Below are positions 24,503 through 27,607 of a stretch of DNA of 27,607 nucleotides, piece by piece (the stretch's first letter is position 1; every line of letters starts with the position of its first letter). The stretch spans positions 1 to 27,607 of the forward strand of contig JANOQV010000055.1 of assembly GCA_031414955.1 (NCBI GenBank), in the 5' to 3' direction. This DNA comes from Pedosphaera sp. (lineage in GTDB: Bacteria; Verrucomicrobiota; Verrucomicrobiia; Limisphaerales; SIBH01). Under the pieces are notes generated by a model. That model was given only the letters and a program-made list of their open reading frames with translations. It did no database searches and had not been told where the DNA came from. A program made the position numbers and the translations under genes.

Positions 24503-27500
24503 TTAGGGATTAGCCGGAGCGACCACCACGCGATAGAAGCGGCTGCCGTTCAAGAGCGGCTGGCTCAAGGTCTTGGGCGGGCCGTCATCATACCACTGCG
24601 TGACGTTGGCACCGGCTGTGACCGACGGCGTGGCCGCACGCCAGGTCGCCAGGCCGTCGTCACTGTAGAGAATCGTATAGACGCGGCCCGGGATGCTCGT
24701 GAACTCAATCACGTAGCGCGGGTCGCCCGGGATGCGCGCATCCACGAAGCGGCGAGTAATGGCCACCCCGGCGGCGGCATTGGTGCCGGTGACGGCGGGC
24801 GTGCTGGACTGCACTTCGATGGTGTCGGTGAAGGGCAGACGGTTCGGGACGAAGAACTCCAGGATGAGCGTCACGTTGCTGCCCGGATTGAGCGGCGCAT
24901 TGTATTGCACGTAGGGCCGCGTGTCGAAGTTGGTGCCCGTGGCGTTCCACAGGAACACATTGGTGCGAGGGAGACCGTTCGTGCCGCGAATGTTGCCGAC
25001 GAGCACGCGCAGGGCCGCCACCGTGTCCGAGCCCAGGTTCGTGACCGTGACGCGTTGCTCGAACAATCCCGTCTGCGGATTGAAGAGAATCGAAGCGGAC
25101 AGCACGCCAAACTGGCCGGGCGTCACCGCCGTGCGCACCTGTGCCGTGGTGTTCGAGCCGTTGTTGTTCGACGGTGCCGTGTCCACCGTGGCCGAGGTCG
25201 CCGAGGCCACGTTGGTGAAGAAGCCGAGGTTCGTGCCTTGCACCGTGACGGTGAAGCTCGCCACCGCGCCGTTGAGCAACGAGGCGATGGTCGGCCACGT
25301 CACCACATTGTTCGAGCGGGTTCCATTTGGCGACGAACTCACATAGTTCAGGCCCGTCGGGAGCGTGTCGCGCACCACCACGTTCGAGGCCGTGGAGGGA
25401 CCGGCGTTGCTCACCGTGATGGTGTAGCCAAAGCTCGTGCCGATCACGACGTTGGTCGCGCCAACCTTCGCCACCACGATGTCCGCCACTGGCGTGACCG
25501 TGGTCGTGACCACCGAGTTCGTGAAGGTGCCGTTGTTGTTGTTAGTGTTCGGGTCCGAAGTACCGGAGGTGCCGAAGGCGACATTGGTCATGGGACCGGA
25601 CCCCGGCGCGAGGATGCTCACCGTGAGGTTCGTGGTCGCGCCCGCGTTCAGGCTGGGCAGCAACCAGTTCACGAACGTGTTGGAAAGAGTTCCGCCCGGC
25701 GACGCGCTTTGGAACACGCTGCCCGCCGGCAGACGATCCGTGACGAACACATTCGTCGCCGTGGACGGGCCGAGGTTCGTGACCGTGATGGTGTAGGTGG
25801 CATTGCTGCCCGCCAGCACGTTGCTCGGACCGGACTTGAACACCGCCACGTCGGCCAGCTCGGTGACAGTCGTGACGACCGGCGGCGTGATGTTGTTCGT
25901 CGGCGTCGGATCGTTGGTGATGGTGATGCTGGCGGTGTTCGCGTAATTGCCCGCCGAGAGCGGCCGCACCGTGACGGTGAAGTTGGACGAGCGGAATTCC
26001 GGCAGGTTGAACGCCGCCCAAGTGATCAAGCCGCCGCTCGTGCTGGCCGGGGCCGGATTCGCGCTGACGAACGAATAGGCTGCCGCCAGTTGATCGCTGA
26101 CCACCGCGCCGAAAGCGGTGGAAGGCCCGCTGTTTGTTGCCGTGATCGTGAAGGTGATGTTCGAGCCGACGATGGCGCCGGCCGGGCCGGACTTGAACAC
26201 CGCCACATCGGCCAGCGGCGTCACCGTCACGGTGATGAGCGCCGAGTTCGTTCCACTCTGGCCATCGGTGATCGAGTAAGTGAGCACCACCACGCCCAGG
26301 TAATTGGTCCCCGGAGTGAAGAGCACGTTCGTGCCCTGGATGCTGGCCGTGCCGTTGGTTGTGCTCACGCTTACGATGGTCAGCAAACCGCCGTCGCCAT
26401 CCGTGTCATTGACCAGCACCGGGATCAGGACCGCCGTGTCCTCCGGCGTGTTCGCCACATCATTCAAGGCCAGCGGTCCGTCGTTCACCGGCGTCACGGT
26501 GATGAATACCGTGGCCACGGCCGAGGTGAGTGAGCCGTCGTTGACCGTGAAGGTGAACGAGTCGAGACCAGTGTAGTCCGTGGCCGGCTGATAACTCAGG
26601 TTCGCGCCCGAGCCGGTCAACGTGCCGTGCGTCGGCGAGGTCATGACGACAAAGTTCGTCACCGGGCCGTCCACGTCCGATCCGTTCAGCGTAATCGCGA
26701 CTGCGGTGTCTTCCGGCGTGGTCACACTCTGGTTGTTCGCCAGCGGCCCATCATTCACCGGCGTCACGGTGATGTTGACCGTGGCGACCACCGAGGTGAG
26801 CGAGCCGTCATTGATCGTAAAGGTGAAGGAGTCTGGACCGGTGTAATTCACCGCCGGTTGATAACTCAGGTTCGCGCCCGAACCAGTCAACGTGCCGTGC
26901 GTCGGTGAGGCCAGCACCACGAAGTTCGTCGTGGGGCCATCCACGTCGGAGCCGGTCAGCGTGATGGGTAGGGCCGTGTCTTCCGGCGTGGTCAGGCTCT
27001 GATTGTTCGCCACCGGCGCATCGTTCACGGGCGTGACGGTGATGCTGACCGTGGCCACGGCCGAGGTGAGCGAACCGTCGTTGACCGTGAAGGTGAAGGA
27101 GTCCGGGCCGGTGTAGTTCGCCGCCGGTTGATAACTCAGGTTCGCGCCCGAACCAGTCAGGCTGCCGTGGGTGGGAGAACCGACCACGACAAAGTTCATC
27201 ACCGGGCCATCCACATCGGAGCCGGTCAAAGTGATGGGCAGCGCGATGTCTTCCGGCGTGGTCAGGCTCTGGTTGTTGGCCAGCGGCGCGTCGTTCACCG
27301 GGACGACCGTGACCACGATCAGCGCCGAGTTCGTGAGCTGGCCGTCCGTGATCCAATAGGTCAGCGTGACCGTGCCGATGAAATTGATCGCGGGAGTGAA
27401 GACCACATTCGTGCCAGAAACACTGGCCGTGCCGTTGGTCGTGCTGACGCTGACGATGCTCAACACATCGCCGTCCACGTCGCTGTCGTTGACCAAGACC

Positions 27501-27607
27501 GCCACGGTGGCCGTGGTGTCTTCGTTGATCGTCGCCGCGTCGTTCACCGCCACCGGCGCGTCGTTGACCGGAAGGACTGTGACAAGAATGAGGGCCGCGT
27601 TCGTGCC
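24503..27607 (-). CDS. Large surface/adhesin-like protein with Big_9/tandem-95 cadherin-like repeats, three DUF11 domains and a C-terminal FYR domain; 5'-truncated
   Basis: Frame is open to the window edge. Repeats VND(A/G)P(L/V)A...PED...DVDG...FTFTVNDG; DUF11-type ADVAVFKSGP...ITVTNxGPSTA; ends RFYRVVVAPANP. Confidence 0.88.
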   Translation of the reverse strand, partial: GTNAALILVTVLPVNDAPVAVNDAATINEDTTATVAVLVNDSDVDGDVLSIVSVSTTNGTASVSGTNVVFTPAINFIGTVTLTYWITDGQLTNSALIVVTVVPVNDAPLANNQSLTTPEDIALPITLTGSDVDGPVMNFVVVGSPTHGSLTGSGANLSYQPAANYTGPDSFTFTVNDGSLTSAVATVSITVTPVNDAPVANNQSLTTPEDTALPITLTGSDVDGPTTNFVVLASPTHGTLTGSGANLSYQPAVNYTGPDSFTFTINDGSLTSVVATVNITVTPVNDGPLANNQSVTTPEDTAVAITLNGSDVDGPVTNFVVMTSPTHGTLTGSGANLSYQPATDYTGLDSFTFTVNDGSLTSAVATVFITVTPVNDGPLALNDVANTPEDTAVLIPVLVNDTDGDGGLLTIVSVSTTNGTASIQGTNVLFTPGTNYLGVVVLTYSITDGQSGTNSALITVTVTPLADVAVFKSGPAGAIVGSNITFTITATNSGPSTAFGAVVSDQLAAAYSFVSANPAPASTSGGLITWAAFNLPEFRSSNFTVTVRPLSAGNYANTASITITNDPTPTNNITPPVVTTVTELADVAVFKSGPSNVLAGSNATYTITVTNLGPSTATNVFVTDRLPAGSVFQSASPGGTLSNTFVNWLLPSLNAGATTNLTVSILAPGSGPMTNVAFGTSGTSDPNTNNNNGTFTNSVVTTTVTPVADIVVAKVGATNVVIGTSFGYTITVSNAGPSTASNVVVRDTLPTGLNYVSSSPNGTRSNNVVTWPTIASLLNGAVASFTVTVQGTNLGFFTNVASATSATVDTAPSNNNGSNTTAQVRTAVTPGQFGVLSASILFNPQTGLFEQRVTVTNLGSDTVAALRVLVGNIRGTNGLPRTNVFLWNATGTNFDTRPYVQYNAPLNPGSNVTLILEFFVPNRLPFTDTIEVQSSTPAVTGTNAAAGVAITRRFVDARIPGDPRYVIEFTSIPGRVYTILYSDDGLATWRAATPSVTAGANVTQWYDDGPPKTLSQPLLNGSRFYRVVVAPANP
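26211..27570 (-). repeat. Five intragenic ~270-bp (90-aa) repeats, pattern A-B-B-B-A
   Basis: The VND-coding anchor recurs at 27561, 27291, 27021, 26751 and 26481 (exact 270-bp period). The three central units share long identical DNA runs, e.g. GATAACTCAGGTTCGCGCCCG. Confidence 0.9.

Noticed and set aside
24305..26533. 742-aa plus-strand Arg/His-rich ORF
   Set aside because: Antisense shadow of the adhesin.
26211..27570. CRISPR array or DGR-like repeat pair
   Set aside because: Repeats are in-frame 270-bp coding units with no unique spacers, no cas or reverse transcriptase gene, and no adenine-specific mismatch pattern noticed.

Overview
GC-rich bacterial chromosomal segment. The gene repertoire (CotH-family kinase, FG-GAP protein, H-X9-DG prepilin-like protein, Ig/Big_9/DUF11 surface proteins, stand-alone CoaB) suggests Verrucomicrobiota, probably Pedosphaera/Limisphaerales-like; this is inference. 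The left half holds a partial ankyrin protein, a CotH-like kinase, an FG-GAP fusion protein, an mlaE-F-D-like ABC operon with a degenerate ATPase, a REPIN-like palindrome, an esterase plus glpD, a prepilin-like protein, a secreted purple acid phosphatase, a 1.3-kaa M6 metalloprotease and a tiny secreted Cys-rich protein. A tRNA-Arg(UCG) at 17557-17633 is the integration site of a ~4.9-kb decayed island (17588-22466). The island is bounded by a 46-bp att repeat and carries paired arm-type repeats, a TerS-like HTH gene, two secreted cargo genes, higBA with a coupled unknown third gene, an 8-bp tandem array and a dead integrase fragment. The right end has coaB and an operon pairing a large repeat adhesin (5'-truncated) with an outer-membrane beta-barrel. 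The strongest leads for new biology are a shared C-terminal 'W...FYR' domain on three unrelated secreted proteins (candidate sorting signal, with an adjacent beta-barrel), the satellite-like island with evidence of repeated integration, and the metallothionein-like secreted peptide.
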